In this document: in pieces, positions 1 to 8,765 of the stretch | Numbering within the stretch: the stretch's first letter is position 1 | How the letters are laid out: every line of letters begins with the position of its first letter | DNA from: Eubacteriales bacterium | GTDB lineage: Bacteria > Bacillota > Clostridia > Christensenellales > JAWKQI01 | Reading direction: 5' to 3' | Assembly (NCBI GenBank): GCA_041390245.1 | Contig: JAWKQI010000001.1 | Coordinates: 235,558 to 299,557 of the forward strand | DNA length: 64,000 nt | Notes under the pieces: model-generated | The model's input: the letters and a program-made list of their open reading frames with translations, nothing else | What the model was told of the DNA's origin: nothing | The model's database searches: none | Translations under genes and position numbers: made by a program

Positions 1-2154
1 ATTGTTCAAAACAATGCGAATCGGACCCCCGGAACCCATAAATAGACTGGTCTGGGTCCCCTATAACGAAGACTTCTTTGCTATTCTTGCTCCATGCCCT
101 AATCAGCCGGTATTGAACGGGGTTTATATCCTGAAACTCATCTACTAAAAGATAGGTAAAGGCATTTTCAATTTTCTTCTCCTCTTTTTTCCCCAGGTTC
201 TCACCCTCAAACAAGTGAAGCGCTTTTAATAAAATGTCATCGTAATCAAGGGCACTATACTGTAAGAGTAGTTCACAGTACCTTTCATAAACACCGGGCG
301 GAACTGGGCTTTCCTCCGGCGAAATAGCTCCGCTTTTTATAAGGGAAATCCCGTTTAGAATGTCCCGCAAGGATGCTTTTATTTTAAAATCCTCTAAAAT
401 ATCCGAAAGAATGGTGAGAGCTTCCCGTCTGTCTATGATTGCAGGGAGTTCCTTACCGTTTTTTCCCATCAGCTTAAGGCAGATAGAATGAAACGTCCCT
501 ATATTCATGGATTTTACCATCCGTTTATCGTCTAAATATGAACTAAGGCGGGTGCGCATTTCATCAGCTGCCCGGTTTGTAAAGGTTACGGCAGTAATAT
601 CTCTTGGGGGTATGCCTTCCTTAACGAGGCGTGCTATACGTGTAACAAGTGTACGTGTTTTGCCGGTCCCCGGCCCGGCTATTACTGCGATAGCCGGATA
701 GTCTGCGAAGACAGCTTCATTCTGCTTTTCGTTTAATCCGCTGTATATGTCTTTAGCTAAAGTGCCCTCTTCTTCCTGTTGCAGGCATTTTGCTGATTTA
801 GATTCCGTAAGGGGTTTATTAATAGTATTTTTTTGTTCTTTAACGTCTCTTACTCCTCGAGTAGTATCCTTCTCATCTTCGAAAAGAGACAACTGCCCAG
901 TAAACAGGCTTATCTCATGTTTATCTAAAATTTTTACCTTCCCATATTCTCCGTCGAACCCTGGCAGAACTGTAACCTCTCCGGCGCGGATTCTGCGGAT
1001 GCTTTCAGCAACTATCGCTCCCGCCTTTAACTCTATATCGCTAATCTTGGCTTCACGGAGTATAAATAGCTCCGGGCCTAAGGTACATATCAGTTCATCG
1101 TTTCTTGTTAGGACCTTCTTGCTTGCGCAAGTAACTCCCATAGATGCTGCAATCACCTCACGCAATGGTATTATGCTTTCAAAATGCTTTACCGAATGTG
1201 GTATGAATCCTTCTTCCCTGTCTGCAAGCGACTCTACCCTATGAAGCACTCCAAGAGTGATTTTGCGTCCGCATACGGGGCATATACCCGATGCAGCTAC
1301 AGTATCGGCCGGTTTTAGACATATGCCACAGTTTCGGTGCCCGTCGTAGTGGTACTTTCCCTCCTGCGGGAAAAACTCTAAAGTCCCAAAAAATTCATCT
1401 GTGTCGCGATTTTTAAGTGCCTTTAAAATATGTGGATAGGAAAGTTCCGTGTTAAAAGGTTTGCCTCACGTGCGAGATTCGCCGGCGAATGGGCATCTGA
1501 ATTTGAAACCAATGTGAAACGGTCAAGCGCGGATACGCGCCAGTTCATAGGCGGGTCTGATGAAAGCCCTGTCTCAAGCGCGTTAATATAACCTGTTAAA
1601 TCCTCAAAACATTCCTCAATAGTATCAAACCCGGAATACGCTCCAAACAAAGAAAAGTGCGGTGTCCAGATGTGCGCAGGAATAAATATGGCATCTGGGC
1701 ATACATCTAGAGTTATCTCCAGCAAATCTCTGCTGTCTAGCCCCAAAATCGGCCTGCCATCTGAATGCAGATTTCCAATGGCCTCAAGCCGGTGTGAGAG
1801 TGCATCTGCGCTCTCTAAACTGGGAAGAAGTATCAGATTGTGTACCTTACGTACCTTTCCGTTCTTTTTATATATAGAGCTGATTTCGCCTGAGACAATT
1901 AAACGTGGTTTAGGAAAGCTCCCTAAAATATTATCCTCTTTACGAAGGTCGTCTTTTAAAGTGTACAGCCCATTTTCGGCCGGAATAAGTTTTTCTTTTA
2001 ACTCTTCCCGCCAGGCTTGATGGGTAAAGTCCCCTGTCCCAATAAGATCAAGGCCTTTGCGCCGTGCCCATAGATCAAGCATTTCTGGTATGCAATCCTT
2101 ACTTGTAGCTCTCGAATATTTGGAATGGATATGAAGATCGGCAATAAACATCAA
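1..2154 (-). pseudogene. EndoQ-like PHP nuclease fused to a UvrD/PcrA-type SF1 helicase; 3' end lies beyond the left window edge; reading frame broken once at 1454-1462
   Basis: ORF 1423..2154 starts MMFIADLHIHSKYSRATS and carries GTGD, PAHIWTPHFS and SNSDAHSP (PHP/EndoQ-type ligand motifs). Reading the minus strand by eye from 1465 down to 1 in a second frame gives one open frame: ELSYPHILKALK, EGKYHYDGHRNCGICL..CPVCGRK (EndoQ zinc finger), PGFDGEYGKV, a linker, then AGPGTGKT (Walker A, ~655-680), LLVDEFQD (~125-150) and GDPDQSIYGFRG (~25-60). The two frames meet at short A/T runs at 1454-1462. Confidence 0.8.
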
Positions 2155-2285
2155 AAACTCCTGCGGTTTATCGTGTATTTGTGTTTATTATAGCATAAAA
2201 GGTCAAAAATCGTTCTTTGCCTTTTTAGTTATCTATAAAAACGTGACTTTAACGGGCTTTATATTTAGGTTGAAAAGCACGCGCA

Positions 2286-2333
2286 TCAATAAAAATAATC
2301 CAACCCATTCTTAAATCTTATGGCTTGGATTAT
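2286..2333 (-). terminator. Rho-independent terminator downstream of ablB
   Basis: Inverted repeat ATAATCCAA (2295-2303) / TTGGATTAT (2325-2333) with extra CCAT/ATGG pairing inside. On the minus strand the stem is followed by TTTTTATT. Confidence 0.55.
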
Positions 2334-2363
2334 TATAAATCAATTATATAAGTAAACAATGTC

Positions 2364-3212
2364 TTATGTTTTACCCTCTAGAGCCTTGTACCATACGTTC
2401 ATACTTTCTATTCCGCCGAAAATATTCGTATTATTTTTAAGCGTTCCGGCATAGACGTACTTATGCTTGGCAAAAGCAATATTCATGCCGTAAGACACTG
2501 CGCGGGCGATCGTAAATGCAGTCTTTATCCCCTTTTTGCTCATCTCGCTTTCCATCTTCATCAGCAAAAAGGAGGCAAGCCCCTTTGCCCTGTATTCCGG
2601 AAGAGTTGCAAAGTCCGTCATCTCAACGCTGCTTGATTTTACGTCCATTTCACAAGATGAAACTGCAACCAATCTGCCGTTATGCCTAATGCCAAAGTAT
2701 ATAAAATCTTCGTTCATTGTGGAAGCTACATAATCCGGGTCATGAATAGGAAATGGGTAGGTTTCAAATACCTTTTTATAAAGTACCGACATCTCTTTTG
2801 AATCTTTTTGTTCTAATTTAGCAAAAGTGAAATCATTATCCAGCCTTAAGCCTTCGATTTTAATTGGCTCTGTATTTTTAGCAGTTTCAATGATTTTATC
2901 GAGCAATTCCTGATTTGATATCGTTTCCCTGGCCGTGGACAAATATTTCGCCATAAAAAATGCATCTTCAATACCATTGTAAAAGTTAGGGATAAAAGCC
3001 TCTATCTTATATCCATTTGATTCAAACCCCTGTTTTGCCCATGAAGGTGCTTTAATGAAAATTTTTGAATAGTTATTTAACTTTGCCAGTTTGTCTATTT
3101 TATCTATAATTATAGGATAGTCTTTTTTACATATTTTGATTAAGTATACTCTGTCACTATATTTCCCATGCTGTATCATAGATCCGCCGATCTTTTCAAT
3201 TCTATCTACCAT
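2364..3212 (-). CDS. ablB: putative beta-lysine N6-acetyltransferase (GNAT, AblB-like)
   Basis: 282-aa ORF. The N-terminus IEKIGGSMIQHGKYSDRVYLIKI and a C-terminal GNAT fold (..EYRAKGLASFLL..) match the AblB family as I recall it. It lies 40 nt downstream of, and co-oriented with, a lysine 2,3-aminomutase gene. Confidence 0.7.
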   Translation of the reverse strand: MVDRIEKIGGSMIQHGKYSDRVYLIKICKKDYPIIIDKIDKLAKLNNYSKIFIKAPSWAKQGFESNGYKIEAFIPNFYNGIEDAFFMAKYLSTARETISNQELLDKIIETAKNTEPIKIEGLRLDNDFTFAKLEQKDSKEMSVLYKKVFETYPFPIHDPDYVASTMNEDFIYFGIRHNGRLVAVSSCEMDVKSSSVEMTDFATLPEYRAKGLASFLLMKMESEMSKKGIKTAFTIARAVSYGMNIAFAKHKYVYAGTLKNNTNIFGGIESMNVWYKALEGKT

Positions 3213-3252
3213 TAAACCGTCCTGTCTTTAATATTTCCCAGTCAATCCGCTG

Positions 3253-4554
3253 TCATTCCTCGATATTTTCCCGCCTTTTAAACCTCGCATTATTTCGAGG
3301 GACTAAAGAAATCGTCTTATCGTAATCTGCCAGCAGCCTGCTTATGCCCATTGCCTTTATTTCTTCCTCATCATAGCCATACTGGAGGTTACAGGTTTCA
3401 CAGTCCCTGTTACAGGATATTTCTTTATACGAATCCGGTTCCCTGTAAGTTGTGATTACTCCCTCATAATTTCTCAGTACAACTTTATTAGTAGACCATG
3501 AAATCAAGTAATTAGGCATAACCGGGATTTTACCACCACCTCCGGGTGCATCTATAACATATGTCGGAACGGCAAATCCGCTGGTATGTCCTATCAGGTT
3601 CTCAATAATCTCAATCCCCTTGCCAACAGACGTCCTAAAATGTGTTAATCCTTCTGATAAATCACATTGGTATAAATAATATGGGCGTACTCTGTTTTGC
3701 ACTAAAAGATGTACTAATTTTTTCATAATGACCGAGCAATCGTTTACGCCTGCCAGCAATACAGACTGGTTTCCAAGAGGTATCCCTGCATCGGCCAGCT
3801 TTTTTAGTGCGGCTTTGGATGAAGGCGTTATTTCCTGCGGATGGTTAAAATGGGTATTAAGCCAAATCGGATGATGTTTCTTTAGCATATTTACCAAATC
3901 GTCTGTTATCCTGTAAGGCAAAACCACTGGCATCCTACTGCCTATCCTTATTACTTCAACATGTTTTATCTTTCTTACTTCCGTTAAAATCCAATCTAAA
4001 AATTCATCTGATAACATAAACGGATCCCCGCCGGAAAGTAAAACGTCTCTGATATTAGAGTTGTTTTTTATATAATCCAGCGCTTTTAATATCGCTTCTT
4101 TACTAGGGATATATTCTGCATCTCCGACTTTTCTTTTTCTAGTGCAATGCCGACAATACATAGAACATACATTGCTTATATGAAGCAAGACCCTGTCTGG
4201 ATATCTGTGTATCAGCCCAGGAACGGGGCTATCTTTATCTTCCGATAACGGATCATTCATCTCGTGTTCTTTAATTATAAGTTCGCTTGGATTTGGAAAG
4301 GATTGTTTATAAACAGGATCGTTTTTATAATCTTTCGTATCAATTAATGATAAATAATAAGGTGTTATAGATAAAGGGAACTTTTCAAGTGTTTCCTCTA
4401 ATTTCTTTCTCTCATCTGAATCAAATTTAATACCCAAAAGTTTTTCAAAAGTATCGATATCTTTAATACTGTGTTTAAGCTGCCAACGCCAATCAGTCCA
4501 TTGTTTATTCAATACTTTAAAGTTTTTATTTCTCGTTATCATGTCGTTTTCCAA
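3253..4554 (-). CDS. ablA: lysine 2,3-aminomutase (radical SAM, KamA/AblA)
   Basis: 433-aa ORF with radical-SAM motif [12 protein letters not shown] and overall KamA colinearity ([25 protein letters not shown]). RBS AGGGAGA sits 8 nt upstream of a TTG start at 4554. Confidence 0.85.
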   Translation of the reverse strand: MENDMITRNKNFKVLNKQWTDWRWQLKHSIKDIDTFEKLLGIKFDSDERKKLEETLEKFPLSITPYYLSLIDTKDYKNDPVYKQSFPNPSELIIKEHEMNDPLSEDKDSPVPGLIHRYPDRVLLHISNVCSMYCRHCTRKRKVGDAEYIPSKEAILKALDYIKNNSNIRDVLLSGGDPFMLSDEFLDWILTEVRKIKHVEVIRIGSRMPVVLPYRITDDLVNMLKKHHPIWLNTHFNHPQEITPSSKAALKKLADAGIPLGNQSVLLAGVNDCSVIMKKLVHLLVQNRVRPYYLYQCDLSEGLTHFRTSVGKGIEIIENLIGHTSGFAVPTYVIDAPGGGGKIPVMPNYLISWSTNKVVLRNYEGVITTYREPDSYKEISCNRDCETCNLQYGYDEEEIKAMGISRLLADYDKTISLVPRNNARFKRRENIEE

Positions 4555-4594
4555 TGTCTAATTCTCCCTAATTTTTTTGTACCATTACCTATTT

Positions 4595-4623
4595 ATGTTA
4601 TCAGTTCTCCAGATTACTGTCAA
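4595..4623 (-). promoter_or_regulatory. candidate sigma-A promoter of ablA-ablB
   Basis: TTGACA (4618-4623) - 17 nt - TAACAT (4595-4600) read on the minus strand, about 35 nt upstream of the ablA RBS. Confidence 0.4.
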
Positions 4624-4734
4624 ATTTTAAAAGGCTTTTTTCTTTTCTTAAGCACTATAAATCAAGTACAATTTAGACCTGTTTCTTTGTCACTTTATAA
4701 AGATTAACCCCTTATTTAAAAGCTTTTTATGCGT

Positions 4735-4768
4735 TTAAAAAAGGGTGGCCGCGGACATTTCCGCGGCC
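4735..4768 (-). terminator. Rho-independent terminator after the ispH-S1 gene
   Basis: GC stem GGCCGCGG (4747-4754) / CCGCGGCC (4761-4768) with loop ACATTT. On the minus strand it is followed by CCCTTTTTT. Confidence 0.75.
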
Positions 4769-4833
4769 GTGATAAAGGGGGTCTTAATATAATTTTGTGA
4801 GGTCATTATTAATTATGACCACTTTTTAAAAAA

Positions 4834-7011
4834 TTATTCTTCCCCTTCTGTGTCATTTTTTGGAAAAAAATCTCCTAATGAAACAGTCATCTCCTTAACT
4901 GGAGGTATCTCATACCTTTCTTCGTTTTCAGTATGCTTTTCTTCAGTTTTAGGAGCTTTTTCCTGTTCCTCTATAATAAGCTGACGCCTGCTCAAACTTA
5001 TTTTCTTTTTCTTTGCGTCAACTTCCATTACCTTTACTTTTACGATATCGCCTACTTTAATTTCATCTTCGGCACGTTCAAGGCGCCTGTTTGCTATCTG
5101 AGAAATGTGTATAAGCCCGTCTACTCCCGGTTCTAACTCTACAAATGCACCGAACGGAACAGTTCTTACTACCTTGACATCGATAACGCTGCCTATTAAA
5201 TATTTTTCTTCAACCAAATCCCATGGTTTAGGTGAAAGCTGTTTTAATCCAAGGGATATACGCCTTCTTTGAACATCTACATATAATATCAGCGTGGTTA
5301 TAACCTGGCCAACGCTTAAAACATCTGCCGGGCTTTTTATATTTATCCACGATATATCCTTTATGTGTAACAGTGCGTCTACACCGCCGATATCTACAAA
5401 GGCACCGAAATCGGTTATACGTTTAATCGTACCTGTCACCTGATCGCCTTTACTATATCTGGACCACAGTTCATCTAACTTCTTTTCTTCTTCTTTTTTA
5501 AGTATAGCTCTATGAGAAGCTACTATTCTCTTTTTCGCCTTATCAATTTCGATAATAACTACAGACAGCTCTTTACCTAAAAATACTTTTAGGTCTTCCA
5601 CATACTTAAGAGACGTTTGAGAAGCAGGTATGAAAGTATCGTACCCTTCTATTTTCCCGAGCAACCCGCCTTTTATTACCTTATTTATTTTACATGTATA
5701 TTCCTTTTCGCCTTTTCCTTCTTCGGCATCTTTGGCAAATTCATTCCATTTTGCCCTGGCATCAATACGCTTCTTAGATAAGAGCACATTGCCTTGCCCG
5801 TCGTTTAAAGAGATGATTTCAACTTCTACTTCATCCCCTACATTTAATATAGATTTGGGGCTTATGCTTCCGTCTACAGAAAATTCAGATTTAGTTAGTA
5901 TTCCATCTGATTTATATCCAATATTTACAAACGCTTCTTCATCGGTTAATTGGACTACGGTTCCGATTACGAATTGTCCTCTCCTGATTTTTACGAAGGA
6001 TTTTTCAACTTCCTCCATAAAACTGTCGTCACTTGATTTGAGTGTTTCATTCTGCCCATCTGCGGACTGGCCTTCACTTTCACTTGCTTCATTAGCCCGC
6101 ATTTCTTCTGCTTGTATTTCCCCTTTTACGGTATCTTCTGTGCCAACCGTTTCTGTCTCTACAAGCATGTTTTCATTTTCGCTCATCCGTAAAAAAACCT
6201 CCCTAATTAGCCAATCTGGCGTCGACGCACCAGCAATTATGTTTATTATATCAGTTCGCCGTAAATTTTCAAGTACAGTTTCGTTTATATTTTCAATGTG
6301 ATATGTCCTTTTGCAATATTTTTTGCACAAATCATATAATCTTTTTGTGTTAGAGCTGTTTTTGCCGCCAACTACAATCATTACGTCCGAGTTTTTTGCA
6401 AGTTTCTCTGCCTCTTCTTGCCTTCTCTCAGTAGTTTCACATATTGTCATATTAGCATCTAGATTTAAGACTTTTTCTTTAATAAGTGGCAAAAGCTCTA
6501 GCCATTTGCTCTTTGGCGTAGTCGTCTGCGCTACTAAAACGGCGGATTCAAGACATGGCAGATTGTCTACATCCTGTTCGTCATAAACTACATAGGAATT
6601 ATCTCCTGCCCAGCCCTTAATACCTAAGACCTCAGGGTGTTTTTCCTCTCCGACTATGATAACTGCTACCCCTTTTTCCTCAGCGGCCTTGACCATGTCG
6701 TGAATACGCTTGACAAATGGGCATGTAGCATCTATAACTTCAATACCCTCTTTTAAGAAAGCTTCGTAAACTTCGGGCGGAGCTCCATGGGACCTTATAA
6801 CTGCAGTCTCTCCCTTTAACCTATGTAAGCCGTTTAAATCGTCTATCTTTTTAACGCCCAAGGTGCTTAAATAATCTATTACATGCTGGTTATGTATTAT
6901 ATCGCCGTAGATAAACAGCTTTTTGCCTTCTTTGGCATTCTTTATTACAGTATCAACAGCGTTTTTCACGCCAAAACAAAAACCGGCATTTTTAGCTATA
7001 TTGATTTTCAA
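4834..7011 (-). CDS. ispH: bifunctional 4-hydroxy-3-methylbut-2-enyl diphosphate reductase (IspH/LytB) / ribosomal protein S1-domain protein
   Basis: 725 aa. The N-terminal ~280 aa are IspH (MKINIAKNAGFCFGVKNAV, SHGAPPEV, ATCPFV). An acidic Glu/Ser-rich linker follows, then four S1 OB-fold repeats (e.g. GTVVQLTDEEAFVNIGYKSDGIL, VTGTIKRITDFGAFVDIGGVDALLHIKD, VKVVRTVPFGAFVELEPGVDGLIHISQI). Confidence 0.85.
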   Translation of the reverse strand: MKINIAKNAGFCFGVKNAVDTVIKNAKEGKKLFIYGDIIHNQHVIDYLSTLGVKKIDDLNGLHRLKGETAVIRSHGAPPEVYEAFLKEGIEVIDATCPFVKRIHDMVKAAEEKGVAVIIVGEEKHPEVLGIKGWAGDNSYVVYDEQDVDNLPCLESAVLVAQTTTPKSKWLELLPLIKEKVLNLDANMTICETTERRQEEAEKLAKNSDVMIVVGGKNSSNTKRLYDLCKKYCKRTYHIENINETVLENLRRTDIINIIAGASTPDWLIREVFLRMSENENMLVETETVGTEDTVKGEIQAEEMRANEASESEGQSADGQNETLKSSDDSFMEEVEKSFVKIRRGQFVIGTVVQLTDEEAFVNIGYKSDGILTKSEFSVDGSISPKSILNVGDEVEVEIISLNDGQGNVLLSKKRIDARAKWNEFAKDAEEGKGEKEYTCKINKVIKGGLLGKIEGYDTFIPASQTSLKYVEDLKVFLGKELSVVIIEIDKAKKRIVASHRAILKKEEEKKLDELWSRYSKGDQVTGTIKRITDFGAFVDIGGVDALLHIKDISWINIKSPADVLSVGQVITTLILYVDVQRRRISLGLKQLSPKPWDLVEEKYLIGSVIDVKVVRTVPFGAFVELEPGVDGLIHISQIANRRLERAEDEIKVGDIVKVKVMEVDAKKKKISLSRRQLIIEEQEKAPKTEEKHTENEERYEIPPVKEMTVSLGDFFPKNDTEGEE

Positions 7012-7012
7012 T

Positions 7013-7600
7013 TTAAACCACCTGATCTTTTAATTTTTGGATTTTGTCCTTTAAATAACTTGATATATCACCTAGGTTTTCAGACAAGACTTTACGGCCA
7101 AATACGTCCTGTAAATAAAACGCCTCTCCAAAAACCAGTTTTGCGCGTTTGAAAATACCGTAGTTGCCATCTGTATAAACTGGAATGATCGGGCATTTTA
7201 ATTTCATGGCCAGCATAGCTGTCCCCTGCTCAAAATTACCTAGCTCACCGGTTTTAACCCTTTTTCCCTCTGGGAATATGCCAAGCACTTTGCCTTGCTT
7301 AACTACGGCCATTGCCCTTTTTATAGACGCTATGTCCGTCTTTCCCCTGTCAACCGGGAAGGCGCCTAACATTTTTATCAGCCATCTTAAAAACGGGTTT
7401 TTAAACAGCTCTTTTTTAGCCATGAAATATATTCTTCTTCTGAAAAATATGCCTAAAAAAATAGGGTCTAGTAAGTTTACATGGTTAGACATCAGTATGA
7501 CCCCACCGTTAACTTTACAAAACTTAGTTCCGTATATTTTGGGTTTGAAAAACAGCCACAACAACGGATAAAAAATTATTTTAATCGTCCAAGTAAACAT
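7013..7600 (-). CDS. plsC: 1-acyl-sn-glycerol-3-phosphate acyltransferase
   Basis: 195 aa with acyltransferase motifs NHVNLLD (HxxxxD) and FPEGKR, plus an N-terminal hydrophobic segment. Confidence 0.8.
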   Translation of the reverse strand: MFTWTIKIIFYPLLWLFFKPKIYGTKFCKVNGGVILMSNHVNLLDPIFLGIFFRRRIYFMAKKELFKNPFLRWLIKMLGAFPVDRGKTDIASIKRAMAVVKQGKVLGIFPEGKRVKTGELGNFEQGTAMLAMKLKCPIIPVYTDGNYGIFKRAKLVFGEAFYLQDVFGRKVLSENLGDISSYLKDKIQKLKDQVV

Positions 7601-7615
7601 ATTATTGTTTTTTTC

Positions 7616-8277
7616 TTACCTCTTTATCTTATTCAATATAGTCTCAACTACACTGTCTACAGACATATTTGTAGTATCTATTAAGTATGCGTCTTCAGCC
7701 TGCCTTAGAGGGCATAATCTCTGTTAGAATCGTTTTCGTCTCTTTTTATTATCTCTTGCTTTATAACTTCAAGTGACTTTGCCGAGTCCTTTCCGCCTAG
7801 TTCCAAAAAACGGCGGCGCGCACGCTCATCAGCGCTTGCGGTTACGTAAAACTTGTTTTTGCAGTCTGTTAATACATTCGTTCCGATATCCCGCCCGTCC
7901 ATAACCACATCGTAATCCTTGGCGACTTGGCGCTGTATATGGACAAGTTTAACCCGCACTTCTTTAAAAACAGCCACATCCGACGCTCCCTGTGCTACCT
8001 GCTGTGTCCTTATAAATGGCGTTACGTCTTCACCGTTTACTATCACCTTTTGTTCGCCATCTATATATTTTACTATTACGTCGCTTTTTTCAAGAGTCTT
8101 TAAAACGTCATTATGATTTTTGGTATCAAGCCCATCTTTTATAACTTTATATGCAAACGCCCTGTACATAGCACCTGTATCCAGATAATAGATTTTAAGA
8201 CGTTTTGCTATCTCCTTTGCAGCAGTGCTTTTGCCTGCGCCGGCAGGTCCATCAATCGCTATGTTTATTTTCCCCAT
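7616..8277 (-). pseudogene. cmk: cytidylate kinase, frameshifted near 7710-7712
   Basis: ORF 7705..8277 has INIAIDGPAGAGKST and ends ..NDSNRDYAL*. In another frame the next 90 nt read QAEDAYLIDTTNMSVDSVVETILNKIKR* (stop 7616-7618). Adding one C to the coding-strand CCC run gives ..RDYAPLRQAEDAYLIDTT.., the normal Cmk C-terminus. Confidence 0.85.
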
Positions 8278-8289
8278 GTTTATACTCCT

Positions 8290-8700
8290 TTATATCACTC
8301 TATGCCCAAGGCCAATTGCAACTTCGTTTAAATGCAGCAGCCCTATGCCGAAAAACACACATACGGCAATATGCTCGCTGGACCTGGCTATCCCTATTTT
8401 GCCTCCGACATTTAAGCCAAGTGCTTTGTTGCTTATTTGTGAAATAGCCTCTTTGGCCGCCCCTGCTATCGCTCCTTCTTCGCTGTGGGTATCGCCTATT
8501 ATACCTTCCCTTTTGGCTGCGACAACAGTCCTCTCTATCATTTTCATTACAGAAACTATAAATTCACCGCCAAAGTCGACAGCCGCTGTCTTAACATCGT
8601 CAGCAGTATATACAGCCTGCAGCTTTTTCTCATCTTCCCGCGAAGCTGTAAGGGCCATTTGAATAGCCGCTTTTGAAACTTCTTTGCTCGTTGCTAACAT
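8290..8700 (-). CDS. HutP-family protein (RNA-binding antiterminator-like)
   Basis: 136 aa. The C-terminal half (..HIAVCVFFGIGLLHLNEVAIGLGHRVI) is colinear with my recollection of B. subtilis HutP (..WIAVSLYGTIG..LEHETFGVGINHI). No hut catabolic genes are nearby. Confidence 0.55.
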   Translation of the reverse strand: MLATSKEVSKAAIQMALTASREDEKKLQAVYTADDVKTAAVDFGGEFIVSVMKMIERTVVAAKREGIIGDTHSEEGAIAGAAKEAISQISNKALGLNVGGKIGIARSSEHIAVCVFFGIGLLHLNEVAIGLGHRVI

Positions 8701-8765
8701 TTTAAAACCCCCTTGAGCTTTAAATTAAATCCTATTATAATTCCTTTTTTAAACTGTTACAATAT

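Noticed and set aside
4555-4740. Possible lysine (L-box) riboswitch upstream of the lysine 2,3-aminomutase gene, and likewise upstream of lysA (17976-18057).
   Set aside because: The predicted leaders are only ~35-40 nt. I see none of the conserved L-box core or multi-helix structure. The 4735-4768 hairpin belongs to the upstream ispH-S1 gene as its terminator.
5630-6301. Long plus-strand ORFs antisense to well-supported genes (for example 747..1244, 5630..6301, 13086..13616, 26269..26886, 29772..30317, 63266..63820).
   Set aside because: All lie wholly inside conserved minus-strand genes. They translate to Ser/Leu/Phe/Pro-rich low-complexity sequence with no recognisable motifs and lack RBSs. 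They are the usual shadow ORFs of the opposite coding frame.
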